Part shown: one piece after another, positions 1-9,027 of the stretch
Numbering within the stretch: position 1 is the stretch's first letter
How the letters are laid out: every line of letters begins with the position of its first letter
The notes under the pieces: model-generated
Seen by the model: the letters and a program-made list of their open reading frames with translations, nothing else
The model's database searches: none
Told to the model about the DNA's origin: nothing
Assembly (NCBI GenBank): GCA_964250805.1
Contig: CAXUHG010000004.1
Span: 25,730 to 89,729 of the forward strand
Reading direction: 5' to 3'
Length of the DNA: 64,000 nucleotides
Origin: an uncultured Ktedonobacteraceae bacterium
GTDB taxonomy: Bacteria; Chloroflexota; Ktedonobacteria; Ktedonobacterales; Ktedonobacteraceae
Translations under genes and position numbers: made by a program

Positions 1-361
1 CAAGTCTTTTACACTCAATAATGAAATAACGCGCACTCCTTTTTGGATTGATTTCTGTATGATCGATAAAGCCCCAAGCAAAATCTGGAATTTTGTCTTC
101 TCGTTGTGTTCGTATTTCATCATCAGGACTGGGAGCATTCTTTGCTTCTGCTGTAGGAGGATATTCAAACCCTCCTCCTAATTCTCGTAGTTTCCTGTTC
201 GCTTCAAGTAAACAAAAAAATAATTCCCTATTTAAGAATACTTCGGACTTATCTAAGTTAGCATTCTTTTGAAGAATTAATAAAGCTTCTAAAAAGACCT
301 CTAAAACTCTTTGCTCATGCTTTTTCCAGATATTTAACCGCGATAATCGTGGTTGTTTCAT
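1..361 (-). CDS. PD-(D/E)xK nuclease-like protein; N-terminal 120 codons only, because the gene runs off the left edge
   Basis: My own translation from the ATG at 361-359: MKQPRLSRLNIWKKHEQ...EDKIPDFAWGFIDH...RYFIIECKRL. The PD ... ExK arrangement is typical of the restriction-endonuclease fold. The ATG overlaps the TGA of the upstream methylase (ATGA). The DNA is AT-rich like its neighbour. Confidence 0.5.
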   Translation of the reverse strand, partial: MKQPRLSRLNIWKKHEQRVLEVFLEALLILQKNANLDKSEVFLNRELFFCLLEANRKLRELGGGFEYPPTAEAKNAPSPDDEIRTQREDKIPDFAWGFIDHTEINPKRSARYFIIECKRL

Positions 362-3300
362 TTACTCGCCTCATACACATGCTCGTTTGGTAAATACATT
401 GCTTGTAACATAGTAGCTTCCGCATCTTCACGAGCTGCACTACGTGTCCATAATCTTTGCTCATTACGTTTTACAATGAGAATATCAGTATCAGTCACCG
501 CTCGCACCATTGAGTCAGTATAAATAGTCTTACTCACCGGTCGCAGAAGTACCTCACTACATTGTTTTAAAACGTTTTGCCATTCATTTTCCTCATCCAC
601 ATTTGGAATGTTGGATAAAGGATAGCCTTTCTCTTGAGTTGTAAATACAACTGCTATCATTGGTGCGTTATTTGAGTAAATAATATGCCAGCGAAACTCT
701 CCGTCGTCTTCAAGTTCACGATTCCACACTTGAAGAAATGTATAAATGTACGCTTCTAACCCATTTTGTAAGTTTCTATCCATAGGCAGATCATCAATAA
801 CACCTAACGAGCTTGTACATTTATACTCTACAGCTTTAACTGCGTCACTTTTTATATGATTATAAAAGTAGTCAAGTCCAAACTTACACATGTCTCGAAT
901 CAAATCGCGCTCAGCATCTAACAAACCGTAAAGGTCAAAGATAGCTTCGTCTAACTCTTGTTCTAGTGATGATAAACTCACAAATTCAACCTGCTCCGTT
1001 AGACTCTCAAAGTTTAGGGAAAGAGGTTTCCATTGTTGGAGTTTATTTACCGCAACCTCGATTCTTTTTCGTAGCTCTAAGTTATTGGTAAATTTTATTG
1101 GTAGTTTGATAACCTCTTCGAGATGAATTTCATGATGCCATGTTCCCCAAGAGCTTGCAGTCATAAAAAAGTAATATCTAGCTAGTGATGACCATAAAAT
1201 ACCTATAAGTACTTTACGTTCCCACTCTTCTGTATCAACCAGTCTGATTCCGTGTATTGAATTTCGGAAACAGTAGTTAGCATAATCAAGTCGAGCTTCT
1301 ATTTGTCCATCTACCCCTTCTGCCTGAGTTATTCCCCGCTTAACTAGCAAACGCCAATCACTATAAATATTTCTATCACCGCGACGGTGAACATATTCAG
1401 GAACATCTTTTAGTACATCGTCACTGATAAGTCCATATCTGTGAAAAAATTGGATAGGTAGTTCTTTATACCCTTTCAACCAAGTACTTGGATAATTAGC
1501 CGCTCTCTGACGAAAGCCTTGAAAACCACGTCCAGGAGTAGGCCATTCACGAGTTTGGGCAATTTGCTTCAAACTTTCGTTAAAGTTAAGGGTATTAATT
1601 AATGCAGCATCTCTATGACCACCCCACCAGTAGACTTTCCAAAGAGTTTCATTGTACTTGATATCATTTTGTTTTACCTGTCTAAGATCAGAGTAGCTTA
1701 AAATAATAGTCTGAACTTTGTCTATAAGCTCAGTCTTTTTGATAGACCAGTAATAAATTTTATGTGAGGGGTTAGGTAAGCCTACTTCATATTGAACAAA
1801 AGCAAATGGAGCATCAGCATTAAAAAATACATGACGAACGTGAACAAAATTTACAACAGTCTTAATAGTGCATTCTTCTAACCAGCGGTGCCGAAACTTT
1901 TGACTTTTCTCTTGATGTTTGAAGAAAATACCTGTTGATACTAATAAACCACATACACCCCCTTGTTTAAGTAGGCTCAATGTTCGAGCAATAAATGCTT
2001 GTGAAAGTTCTTTGTCTCCGATAGACCAACCAAATACTTCACACCATCTTTGAGCTTGCTCTTGAGCTTCCCTCATTTCCCTTGTTGTACCTTCTTCAAA
2101 TCCCCACGGAGGGTTCCCAACTATGATATCAAAGGAATGAGTATCCAAAGGCAACATTGTAGATGATTCTAACAATCTTTTAGTTTGAACACGTCCTTTA
2201 AATCTTGAAGATGTTGTTAATATCCCCTCAAGTCCCTCGTACTCTATATCCATTAAGGAAAACGTGTTATTATTAAATAAAATTTGATAATTATTTACCT
2301 CTTGAGGATAGTCTTCTTTATAAATTAAATTTGGAAGTTGTTTGTTTGCCATAATATCTGGAGGCTCTAAATAATTTAAAAGAGCTAAATAAAGGCTAAA
2401 AGCTGCAACTTGAGCTGCCTCTTTATTTATCTCTATCCCCACTATTTGAGTACGAAGAATTTGCTTTAATTCATCAGAGGAAAGCGGTTTTTGTTGTTTT
2501 TGAGTTTTGTAACGTACAATCCGACGAAATGACTCTACAAGAAAAATTCCAGAACCACACGCTGGATCAAGAATTCTAGGATTCGATATAAGCCTTTCTT
2601 CCGTTAGAACTTGTGAAACTATAAAATCAACTAGAACGTTAGGTGTATATTGTGTACCCTTATCATCTTCATTATTACCATGATAAAACTCCTCGTAAAT
2701 ACTACTTATAAGCTCCATTGGAATGATTTTGAAATCATAGGCCCAAAAAAACAGCGAAGGTTGTAGCAAGTTTACATCACCAAGTAAAAAACCACGAATT
2801 AAGTCAAGATGATCTTGATTGACTACCACTTCCTCTATCTCATCTTGCGGAAACATATCTCCATTAAAATCATGAGCAAGCTTTTTAAAAAGTGCATAAG
2901 TGAAATCTTTGCTATGTAAGACACGATCATATCGTCGCTTTTCCAAATTTAGTGTTAAATCTGGCTTTTCTGGTTTCTGTGAAAGTATTTTCTGCCAATT
3001 AGGATTGTTTTCAGCAACTTTTTCAAAATAAGCAGGAGTCAAAATATCCCGGTCTTCAAGGTAACGAATAAATATAGAACGTCCAATAAGAGCATGAGCA
3101 TGTCTAGTATATTCTTGATTGAGACCAGATTTCATTAATGATTGACGAACAAATTTCAAATCTGAAATAAGTCTTCTATCAGCTCGTTCCGCAATATCCC
3201 CAAAGCGGTTGTCTGCAAAAAGACGCCCAGACTCTATCTGTTCCCGATGATAGTCACGCAATTCAGTTGCTACGTCCACTGCACGCCTTACAACCTCAAG

Positions 3301-3702
3301 AGGTTCAATTTTCTGCCAATCTTTGACATTCTTTGCAGGAGAACTATTCAAACTATAAACACGTAGTTCACCGGGAAGAGCCATAAAAAGGCATTGAGGA
3401 CGAGACATACACCATATTCGTCTAAATGTATCAAGTTGCTCTTCCAGGCTTGGCACATCCTGAAACTCATAAAAAACAACTACAGGGTCATTATTGACAA
3501 AAAATATTGACTTTACACCAACTTTTTCAGCAAGAACAAGCCAATCACCTTTTCCCAACCAATCATCATAATTAGTTGTAGAGTTGACACTTTTAGCAGC
3601 ACCTACTAAGGTACCATCCTGAAATCCAAGACTTCGGTAAGCCTCAGTTAAAAATGCATGAGCTGATTCAGGTTGTTCGTCTAACTGACTAACATTACTC
3701 AT
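358..3702 (-). CDS. Large gamma-class N6-adenine DNA methyltransferase (1114 aa; type IIG / PglX-like size and layout)
   Basis: ORF track. SAM motif I ILDPACGSGIFLV lies upstream of catalytic motif IV IVGNPPWGF. There are ~380-aa N-terminal and ~550-aa C-terminal extensions. Composition is AT-rich. Confidence 0.8.
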   Translation of the reverse strand: MSNVSQLDEQPESAHAFLTEAYRSLGFQDGTLVGAAKSVNSTTNYDDWLGKGDWLVLAEKVGVKSIFFVNNDPVVVFYEFQDVPSLEEQLDTFRRIWCMSRPQCLFMALPGELRVYSLNSSPAKNVKDWQKIEPLEVVRRAVDVATELRDYHREQIESGRLFADNRFGDIAERADRRLISDLKFVRQSLMKSGLNQEYTRHAHALIGRSIFIRYLEDRDILTPAYFEKVAENNPNWQKILSQKPEKPDLTLNLEKRRYDRVLHSKDFTYALFKKLAHDFNGDMFPQDEIEEVVVNQDHLDLIRGFLLGDVNLLQPSLFFWAYDFKIIPMELISSIYEEFYHGNNEDDKGTQYTPNVLVDFIVSQVLTEERLISNPRILDPACGSGIFLVESFRRIVRYKTQKQQKPLSSDELKQILRTQIVGIEINKEAAQVAAFSLYLALLNYLEPPDIMANKQLPNLIYKEDYPQEVNNYQILFNNNTFSLMDIEYEGLEGILTTSSRFKGRVQTKRLLESSTMLPLDTHSFDIIVGNPPWGFEEGTTREMREAQEQAQRWCEVFGWSIGDKELSQAFIARTLSLLKQGGVCGLLVSTGIFFKHQEKSQKFRHRWLEECTIKTVVNFVHVRHVFFNADAPFAFVQYEVGLPNPSHKIYYWSIKKTELIDKVQTIILSYSDLRQVKQNDIKYNETLWKVYWWGGHRDAALINTLNFNESLKQIAQTREWPTPGRGFQGFRQRAANYPSTWLKGYKELPIQFFHRYGLISDDVLKDVPEYVHRRGDRNIYSDWRLLVKRGITQAEGVDGQIEARLDYANYCFRNSIHGIRLVDTEEWERKVLIGILWSSLARYYFFMTASSWGTWHHEIHLEEVIKLPIKFTNNLELRKRIEVAVNKLQQWKPLSLNFESLTEQVEFVSLSSLEQELDEAIFDLYGLLDAERDLIRDMCKFGLDYFYNHIKSDAVKAVEYKCTSSLGVIDDLPMDRNLQNGLEAYIYTFLQVWNRELEDDGEFRWHIIYSNNAPMIAVVFTTQEKGYPLSNIPNVDEENEWQNVLKQCSEVLLRPVSKTIYTDSMVRAVTDTDILIVKRNEQRLWTRSAAREDAEATMLQAMYLPNEHVYEASK

Positions 3703-4087
3703 TTTATCTCTACACTTCCATTAACCATCAACAAATTACAGCAAGTGGAAGATTTACATAATATATTGTTCAAAATTCCTATTTTTTCATCTTAGCACAT
3801 TTGTACTTACTTGACAATGTGAACAAGGTAATCTCTTGTATAAAGATGCCGTAAGCGATAAAAAAGCCTCAGATTATGCTCTAAATAATATAATTTGCCT
3901 AAAAAAGTCTACTAAAGTAGCTTTTTGCTACTTTAGTAGACCAAAAGCAATCAAAAGTTAATATCGTTGACTGTTTAGAAGTGCTTTATACAACAAGCTA
4001 ACTATTCCTCCCAATATCCTGTTCCAAACACCTCACCACCAGCACCACTATCAATTCGTAGCGGCGAATGTTGCTCATGAGACTTTT

Positions 4088-4252
4088 TCAATTGCCCTCT
4101 ATTGTAAGCGAAGCGTAGTGGTCGGTCATCTTTAACGAACTATGCCCTAGTTGACGCCGCACATCCAAAGGGCTACGACCATTAGCTAGCTGAGACCACC
4201 TACAATTGTGAGGAGATACGCGTTTACCTGCTATCTCAGTACGTTTCTTTAG
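4088..4252 (-). pseudogene. C-terminal remnant of a tyrosine recombinase/integrase
   Basis: My own translation: LKKRTEIAGKRVSPHNCRWSQLANGRSPLDVRRQLGHSSLKMTDHYASLTIEGN*. It shows the box II pattern HxxR ... LGHSS..MT..Y (catalytic Tyr). In-frame TAA/TAG stops lie immediately upstream, so only ~54 codons survive. Confidence 0.55.
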
Positions 4253-4339
4253 CTATTAAGTAACAAGTAGAGAATGCAAAAACAGCTACAAAACTGCTTA
4301 AAACGATGGTATAATTAGTAAAAAGTTTGTAGAGAGTAT

Positions 4340-4546
4340 ATGCCACCGAAGATTAGACAACTCAAGGCTGCACTCAGGAAGGCTGGGTTTTCACAAATAC
4401 GAACAAGAGGTAGCCACACAACTTGGTCACATCCGTCATTACCACACATCCCTGTAACACTTTCAGGAAATGATGGAAAAGACGCTAAACCTTACCAGAT
4501 TAAAGATGTGCAGAATGCCTTAAAACAACTGGGAGAAGACACATGA
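4340..4546 (+). CDS. hicA: HicA-family mRNA interferase toxin
   Basis: 68 aa with the ...AGFSQIRTRGSHTTWSHP... signature of HicA/YcfA. Its stop overlaps the start of the next gene (ATGA at 4543-4546). Confidence 0.85.
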   Translation: MPPKIRQLKAALRKAGFSQIRTRGSHTTWSHPSLPHIPVTLSGNDGKDAKPYQIKDVQNALKQLGEDT

Positions 4547-4749
4547 CTCCACTACACTACTCTGTGAACATCCAATGGAGCGACGAAAACCAAGCATTTC
4601 TCGTAGATGTTCCTGAACTACCAGGATGTCATACACACGGAGATACCTACGAAGAAGCGATCAAGAATGCTGTTGAAGTGATCGAACTGTGGATTGAAAC
4701 AGCAAAGGATTTAGGCTGGCCTATTCCCGCTCCTAAAGTTACAGTTTAG
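4543..4749 (+). CDS. hicB: HicB-family antitoxin (UPF0150 fold, short form)
   Basis: 68 aa. The segment ...FLVDVPELPGCHTHGDTYEEAIKNAVEVIELWIE... is typical of HicB N-domains. It is coupled to hicA. Confidence 0.8.
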   Translation: MTPLHYSVNIQWSDENQAFLVDVPELPGCHTHGDTYEEAIKNAVEVIELWIETAKDLGWPIPAPKVTV

Positions 4750-4765
4750 TAAGAGGAGAAAATAA

Positions 4766-4996
4766 ATGTATCGCTTTCTTGTCATTATTGAGCAAGGAGA
4801 GAATAGCTACGCCGCGTATTCTCCCGATCTTCCTGGTTGTGTGGCTGTTGGCATAACACGGGAAGAGGTGGAAAAGAATATGCGTGAGGCAATTGAGATG
4901 CATATTCAGGGAATGATTGAGGACAATGAGCCAATTCCTGTATCCCACAAAGAAGCTGAGTATGTAGATATATCTGCACCAACATCCGCTGCATAG
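4766..4996 (+). CDS. hicB: Second HicB-like antitoxin paralog
   Basis: 76 aa. MYRFLVIIEQGENSYAAYSPDLPGCVAVGITREEVEKNMREAIEMHIQG has the same LPGC ... EEA ... REAI pattern. An SD (AGGAG) sits 6 nt upstream. Confidence 0.75.
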   Translation: MYRFLVIIEQGENSYAAYSPDLPGCVAVGITREEVEKNMREAIEMHIQGMIEDNEPIPVSHKEAEYVDISAPTSAA

Positions 4997-5031
4997 AACA
5001 ATATCTACAAGATTTTTTGTTCGTATACTCT

Positions 5032-5292
5032 TCACTCAATAGCAAAGCCGCCTTCTTTGATTTCTCCTAATATAAATTGCTGCTTTGCTTCTTCAGACAC
5101 TTGGCTAAAACCCCCATGTACGTGGGGTTGAGCCAACAAAGCATCCCAATCCTGCTCCTCTTCCTCAGTCCAATCACTCCCGATTTCTTGTCGAGCGATG
5201 GAGCAAGAATTTTCTCCATGAGTTTCTTGTATATTAGAAAGCGGAATACCTTGTACTGGTTGGCCTTCTTGATTGACTTCGCTCATACACAT
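5032..5292 (-). CDS. Hypothetical acidic small protein
   Basis: An 86-aa ORF convergent with hicB2. I recognise no motif. It lies inside the AT-rich islet. Confidence 0.3.
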   Translation of the reverse strand: MCMSEVNQEGQPVQGIPLSNIQETHGENSCSIARQEIGSDWTEEEEQDWDALLAQPHVHGGFSQVSEEAKQQFILGEIKEGGFAIE

Positions 5293-5740
5293 CTCTCTCG
5301 ACTAAATCTTGCCATACTCAACTGTAAACTACATTGGTGAAAATAGCTGTTATCTTATTGAGACACACCTAGAAATGATAGCAGCATAGAAAATACCCTA
5401 GTCTTATGAGCCAACGTCTCAACCAAGGTATTTTCTATCGTAAACTCAGTCCGCTTAACCGATGTCTGTTCTAATGCCACCAATTGCTCATCATAATTAG
5501 ACAAGTTTTCTCCTCCATTCACACTACAAGGATTATCATCTATACGTTATCATACCAGAACTTTACTTGTTTTACAAGGAAGCAGTCAAAAGAAACAAAA
5601 CAAAGGCAGTAGGCTTGGACAACCAAAAAAGGAAATCAGTAGGTCTACCTCCTGTTTCTTTGGAGATTTAGCTACTGATTTCCTCGGCAATATATATTGA
5701 TTAAAGTGTCTTGTAGAGCTATTTGAGCAGATGTGGGAAG

Positions 5741-5814
5741 TGGGCGATTAGGGATTCGAACCCCAGACCTACTGCGTGTAAAGCAGCCGCTCTAACCAAC
5801 TGAGCTAATCGCCC
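5741..5814 (-). tRNA. tRNA-Val (anticodon TAC)
   Basis: I folded the reverse complement by hand: GGGCGAT-TA-GCTC-AGTTGGTTA-GAGC-G-GCTGC-TTTACAC-GCAGT-AGGTC-TGGGG-TTCGAAT-CCCTA-ATCGCCC-A. It is a full 74-nt cloverleaf with no encoded CCA. Confidence 0.9.
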
Positions 5815-5843
5815 TTGCTTGAAGGGGAGATGTCGTGAAAAAG

Positions 5844-5923
5844 TGTCCTCGACTGGACTCGAACCAGCACGCCTCTCGGCACAGGCCCTCAACCTGCCGC
5901 GTATACCATTCCGCCACGAGGAC
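5844..5923 (-). tRNA. tRNA-Leu (anticodon GAG), long variable arm
   Basis: Hand fold: GTCCTCG-TG-GCG-GAATGGTATA-CGC-G-GCAGG-TTGAGGG-CCTGT-GCCGAGAGGCGT-GCTGG-TTCGAGT-CCAGT-CGAGGAC-A, 80 nt. Confidence 0.9.
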
Positions 5924-6185
5924 TCGTTGGCTGTCACGAATGACAGTGGCAATATTACACCTTTCCTTGCGCTTTGTCAACTGGTTTGGACGCCTCTTTG
6001 CAATGACTTTCACTCGGATACTGGTATTAGCACACATTTGACTTGACAGAATGCTTGAGACTTGTGTACGCTATAAGTCCCAGACTTCGTAGGAATAGCC
6101 GGTAGCGCGAATTCTGTAGCCGTAGAGAAAGAAACTTCAGTTCAGCTAAACACACGTTTCCAAGAGGTTCTCGAAAGGTGCTTGC

Positions 6186-7310
6186 ATGAAACCACGTTTT
6201 ACGCTCGGAGTCGAAGAAGAATTTCAGATGGTGGATAAACACACTGGTCAGCTTGCCTCTCACATTCATACGATCCTGGAAAAAGGCACACCTATTCTCG
6301 GAGAGAGCATCAAGGCGGAGATGCTGCAATCGACCGTTGAACTCGTTACCGATGTGTGCCCAACAATGCATGATGCACGACGCGAGGTACAGCGACTACG
6401 TAATGCGCTCGCGCGGATGGTCGATGAGGAAGGTCTGGCACTCATTAGCGCGGGCACTCATCCCAATGCCCGTTGGCAGGATCAGCAGCGAACTCATAAT
6501 GATCGCTATCTCTTGCTGGAAGAGGAATATCAAGATGTGGGTCGCTCAATCTTGATATTTGGTCTGCATGTACACGTTGGTATAGAAGAGCGTTCGATCA
6601 CCATTCCACTCATGAATCAGGTACGGACATGGCTTCCGCACCTGCTTGCAATCTCGTCGAACTCGCCGTTCTGGGCGGATCGCTATTCAGGTACAAAATC
6701 GTATCGTGCGGTGGTGTGGAAACGCTTTCCACGCTCTGGCATTCCTGATACGTTCACCTCCATGAACGACTTTGACAACTATGTCGAACACCTGATACGC
6801 ACTGGTTGCATCGACAATGGCAAGCGCATCTGGTGGGATGTACGTCCACACGCCTTCTTCAATACTCTCGAGTTTCGCATCTGCGATATGCCTGCCACCA
6901 TTGAGGATACGATGGGAATCGTGGCTCTCTGTCAGGCACTCGTAGCAAAACTGCACTGGCTCTACACGCACAACATGGCGACGCATGTGTTGCCACGTCA
7001 CTTTCTTGAGGAGAACAAGTGGCGTGCCATGCGCTACGGACTCGACGCCGAGGTAGTTGACTTCGTACAGGAACGCCGCCTGAGTATGCGCGAATCTATC
7101 GAAGAACTGCTTGACTTTGTGGAAGACGTAATCGACGACCTCGGCAGCCGTCGAGAGATCAACTATCTCCGTGACCTGCTAGAAGACCCACGCGGCACCG
7201 GAGCTGACCGCCAAATCGCCGTATATAACCAAACGAACGATACACAAGCCGTAACAAACTTCTTGATGCAACAAACAATGCAAGGTATGACACTGCACAC
7301 TACACGCTAA
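6186..7310 (+). CDS. ybdK: Carboxylate-amine ligase, YbdK / glutamate-cysteine ligase family 2
   Basis: 374 aa. The N-terminus MKPRFTLGVEEEFQMVD and the overall length are characteristic of the GCS2/YbdK family. Confidence 0.85.
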   Translation: MKPRFTLGVEEEFQMVDKHTGQLASHIHTILEKGTPILGESIKAEMLQSTVELVTDVCPTMHDARREVQRLRNALARMVDEEGLALISAGTHPNARWQDQQRTHNDRYLLLEEEYQDVGRSILIFGLHVHVGIEERSITIPLMNQVRTWLPHLLAISSNSPFWADRYSGTKSYRAVVWKRFPRSGIPDTFTSMNDFDNYVEHLIRTGCIDNGKRIWWDVRPHAFFNTLEFRICDMPATIEDTMGIVALCQALVAKLHWLYTHNMATHVLPRHFLEENKWRAMRYGLDAEVVDFVQERRLSMRESIEELLDFVEDVIDDLGSRREINYLRDLLEDPRGTGADRQIAVYNQTNDTQAVTNFLMQQTMQGMTLHTTR

Positions 7311-7357
7311 TAAATTTTCAGAGCGATGGCGGATGCCATCGCTCTGAAAATTTATTA
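7308..7357. terminator. Perfect 23-bp inverted repeat with a 4-nt loop; putative bidirectional terminator
   Basis: TAATAAATTTTCAGAGCGATGGC-ggat-GCCATCGCTCTGAAAATTTATTA. The arms contain the stop codons of both convergent genes (7308-7310 and 7355-7357). Confidence 0.6.
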
Positions 7358-7846
7358 GCTGCCGTATTGCATCTTCCATTGCATCTGTGATTGTTGCAGA
7401 CCAATCAGTTCTTGCTCTAGCTGAATAATTTGTTGCTGCAACTGCTGCTTCTGCTGTTGTGGGCCAAGCAAACGCATATCCTCAAACCACTTATAACCAT
7501 GCTTTAGAATGCCTTCTGGCACGAAGGCCGCGGTCTGGTTGTATTGTGCGCGTGTCGCCGACATCTTCGTATTGACCTCTTTGAGATACAGCTTCATCTG
7601 CTTGATTTGAAGTTTCAGTTGCTTGATCTGGTCTTTATAAGGGTCTTGTGTCCTGGTACTTCGCGTGTATCCTCTACTCCTCGGAGTACGAGGAGCCGGA
7701 GCTTGTTCCTCTTGTTGATCATATATCGGATAGGGATCAATCGGGGGTCTTTGCATCACAGCCCCAGGAGCTTGTAGCGCACTGCCACAATTTTGACAAA
7801 AGCGTGCGCCATCTTGATTGTGCGCTCCGCAATTAGCGCAATACAT
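7355..7846 (-). CDS. Zinc-ribbon protein with a Q-rich coiled-coil tail
   Basis: N-terminus MYCANCGAHNQDGARFCQNCGSAL (CxxC-x12-CxxC), a low-complexity linker, then a heptad-like Q/K/L-rich C-terminus. Confidence 0.6.
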   Translation of the reverse strand: MYCANCGAHNQDGARFCQNCGSALQAPGAVMQRPPIDPYPIYDQQEEQAPAPRTPRSRGYTRSTRTQDPYKDQIKQLKLQIKQMKLYLKEVNTKMSATRAQYNQTAAFVPEGILKHGYKWFEDMRLLGPQQQKQQLQQQIIQLEQELIGLQQSQMQWKMQYGS

Positions 7847-7904
7847 AGATAAAATCCTCCTCTACAAACATGCTCTTTCCTATAATACGAACGAGAGGGT
7901 CAAT

Positions 7905-7950
7905 ATCGTCAATCTGCATATGTCCTTGCTGCCATATGCAGATTGACGAT
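7905..7950. terminator. Perfect 18-bp inverted repeat with a 10-nt loop, immediately 3' of the 7954-9024 gene
   Basis: ATCGTCAATCTGCATATG-tccttgctgc-CATATGCAGATTGACGAT. Confidence 0.55.
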
Positions 7951-7953
7951 GAA

Positions 7954-9024
7954 TTATAACTCGCGTTTGGCGTTGACATCGTAGCCAATCTCAGTCATAT
8001 CCGACCAGAGGTAGCTGTCTCCCAGCAATTTTAGCAGCACCCAGGGGCGTTTGGCGTCGTAGAGCAACTTTTGCTCTTTCGTAAAGGTGCTGAGAAACTC
8101 TTCGCCAACCACGTTTTTGTCCAGGCGGTCAACGACGCGCTGAATCTTCGCGGGTGTTAGATCTTTCAGGTACGGTTTCTTCGCAATGGTAGTGAGCATT
8201 GCCATCTTCAAACGATTCTTTTTGCAGTCATTGACAAACTGATCGTAACCATCAACCGCAACCCGTATATGAGTGAGTTGCTTGGAAATAGTAGTCACAG
8301 CAACCGCGACTGATTTCTCAAGCTCCTCCAAGAAGCGAAAAATGGAGTGAAAATTGTCCTTCTTGAGAAGAAAGAGGTCGTCGCCTCGGCTGATGCAATC
8401 GACGTTATTGTCAAAAATCAGCGTCGGCTCACTCACCAGATCGTATTCGTTCTCGCCGCGCCAGATAGCACCGAAGAAACGCGACTGGCTTAAAAGTTGC
8501 TTACGATTGTAGAAGCGGTAAAAGTAGACCGTATCCTGTGGATTGGTGAGCGGCTTGACTATAATCACGTAAAAGCGCAAACCATTGCTGAAGGCGGTAT
8601 CGTCCTTTCCAAACGAGAGTTTATCTTGATATGATGAAAGCGGCTGTATTTGTTTCTTGATGAACGCATAACTTTCATCCGAAGTATCAATATGCTCAAC
8701 CTCGAAGTCCTCTAGCTTGCTGTCTCCTTGATATGGATATATCGCGCGACCACCGCCCAGCCATGTTTTGCCATAACTGGTCAGAAAGTTTTGTATCTTC
8801 TCACGGAATTTTGCTTCAAGATTCTTGGAAAGGTCGAGGCGACGATATTCGAGTGCCTCTTCGTCGTGGGGCATAGCGGAGGCAAGGCAGACACTAACCT
8901 CGCTTACCTCTTTCACGATTTTGCCGTCCCGTATCTCTAGTTCGAGCGAAAAGAGGTTTTCAAAGGTCGTGCTATAGGGAGCAGTCATAAGGTTGTTAGC
9001 TCCTTCATCATACGTTGTAGACAT
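7954..9024 (-). CDS. Soluble 356-aa protein, KwaB-like (DUF4868-like) candidate
   Basis: It starts 3 nt after the stop of the upstream 4-TM gene. The middle and C-terminal segments ...LIFDNNVDCISRGDDLFLLKKDNFHSIFRF... and ...LLKLLGDSYLW... resemble my memory of DUF4868 proteins. No search was run. Confidence 0.5.
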   Translation of the reverse strand: MSTTYDEGANNLMTAPYSTTFENLFSLELEIRDGKIVKEVSEVSVCLASAMPHDEEALEYRRLDLSKNLEAKFREKIQNFLTSYGKTWLGGGRAIYPYQGDSKLEDFEVEHIDTSDESYAFIKKQIQPLSSYQDKLSFGKDDTAFSNGLRFYVIIVKPLTNPQDTVYFYRFYNRKQLLSQSRFFGAIWRGENEYDLVSEPTLIFDNNVDCISRGDDLFLLKKDNFHSIFRFLEELEKSVAVAVTTISKQLTHIRVAVDGYDQFVNDCKKNRLKMAMLTTIAKKPYLKDLTPAKIQRVVDRLDKNVVGEEFLSTFTKEQKLLYDAKRPWVLLKLLGDSYLWSDMTEIGYDVNAKREL

Positions 9025-9027
9025 TAC

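Noticed and set aside
4739-5045. Minus-strand ORFs 4739-5035 and 4785-5045, antisense to hicB-2
   Set aside because: They overlap a well-supported HicB-fold gene, and their Cys/Leu-rich sequences show no motif. They are most likely AT-rich shadow ORFs.
5719-6046. Four ORFs (5719-5952, 5792-6037, 5819-6046, 5835-6041) overlapping the tRNA region
   Set aside because: They cover the tRNA-Val and tRNA-Leu genes and their flanks. tRNA cloverleaves explain the sequence fully.
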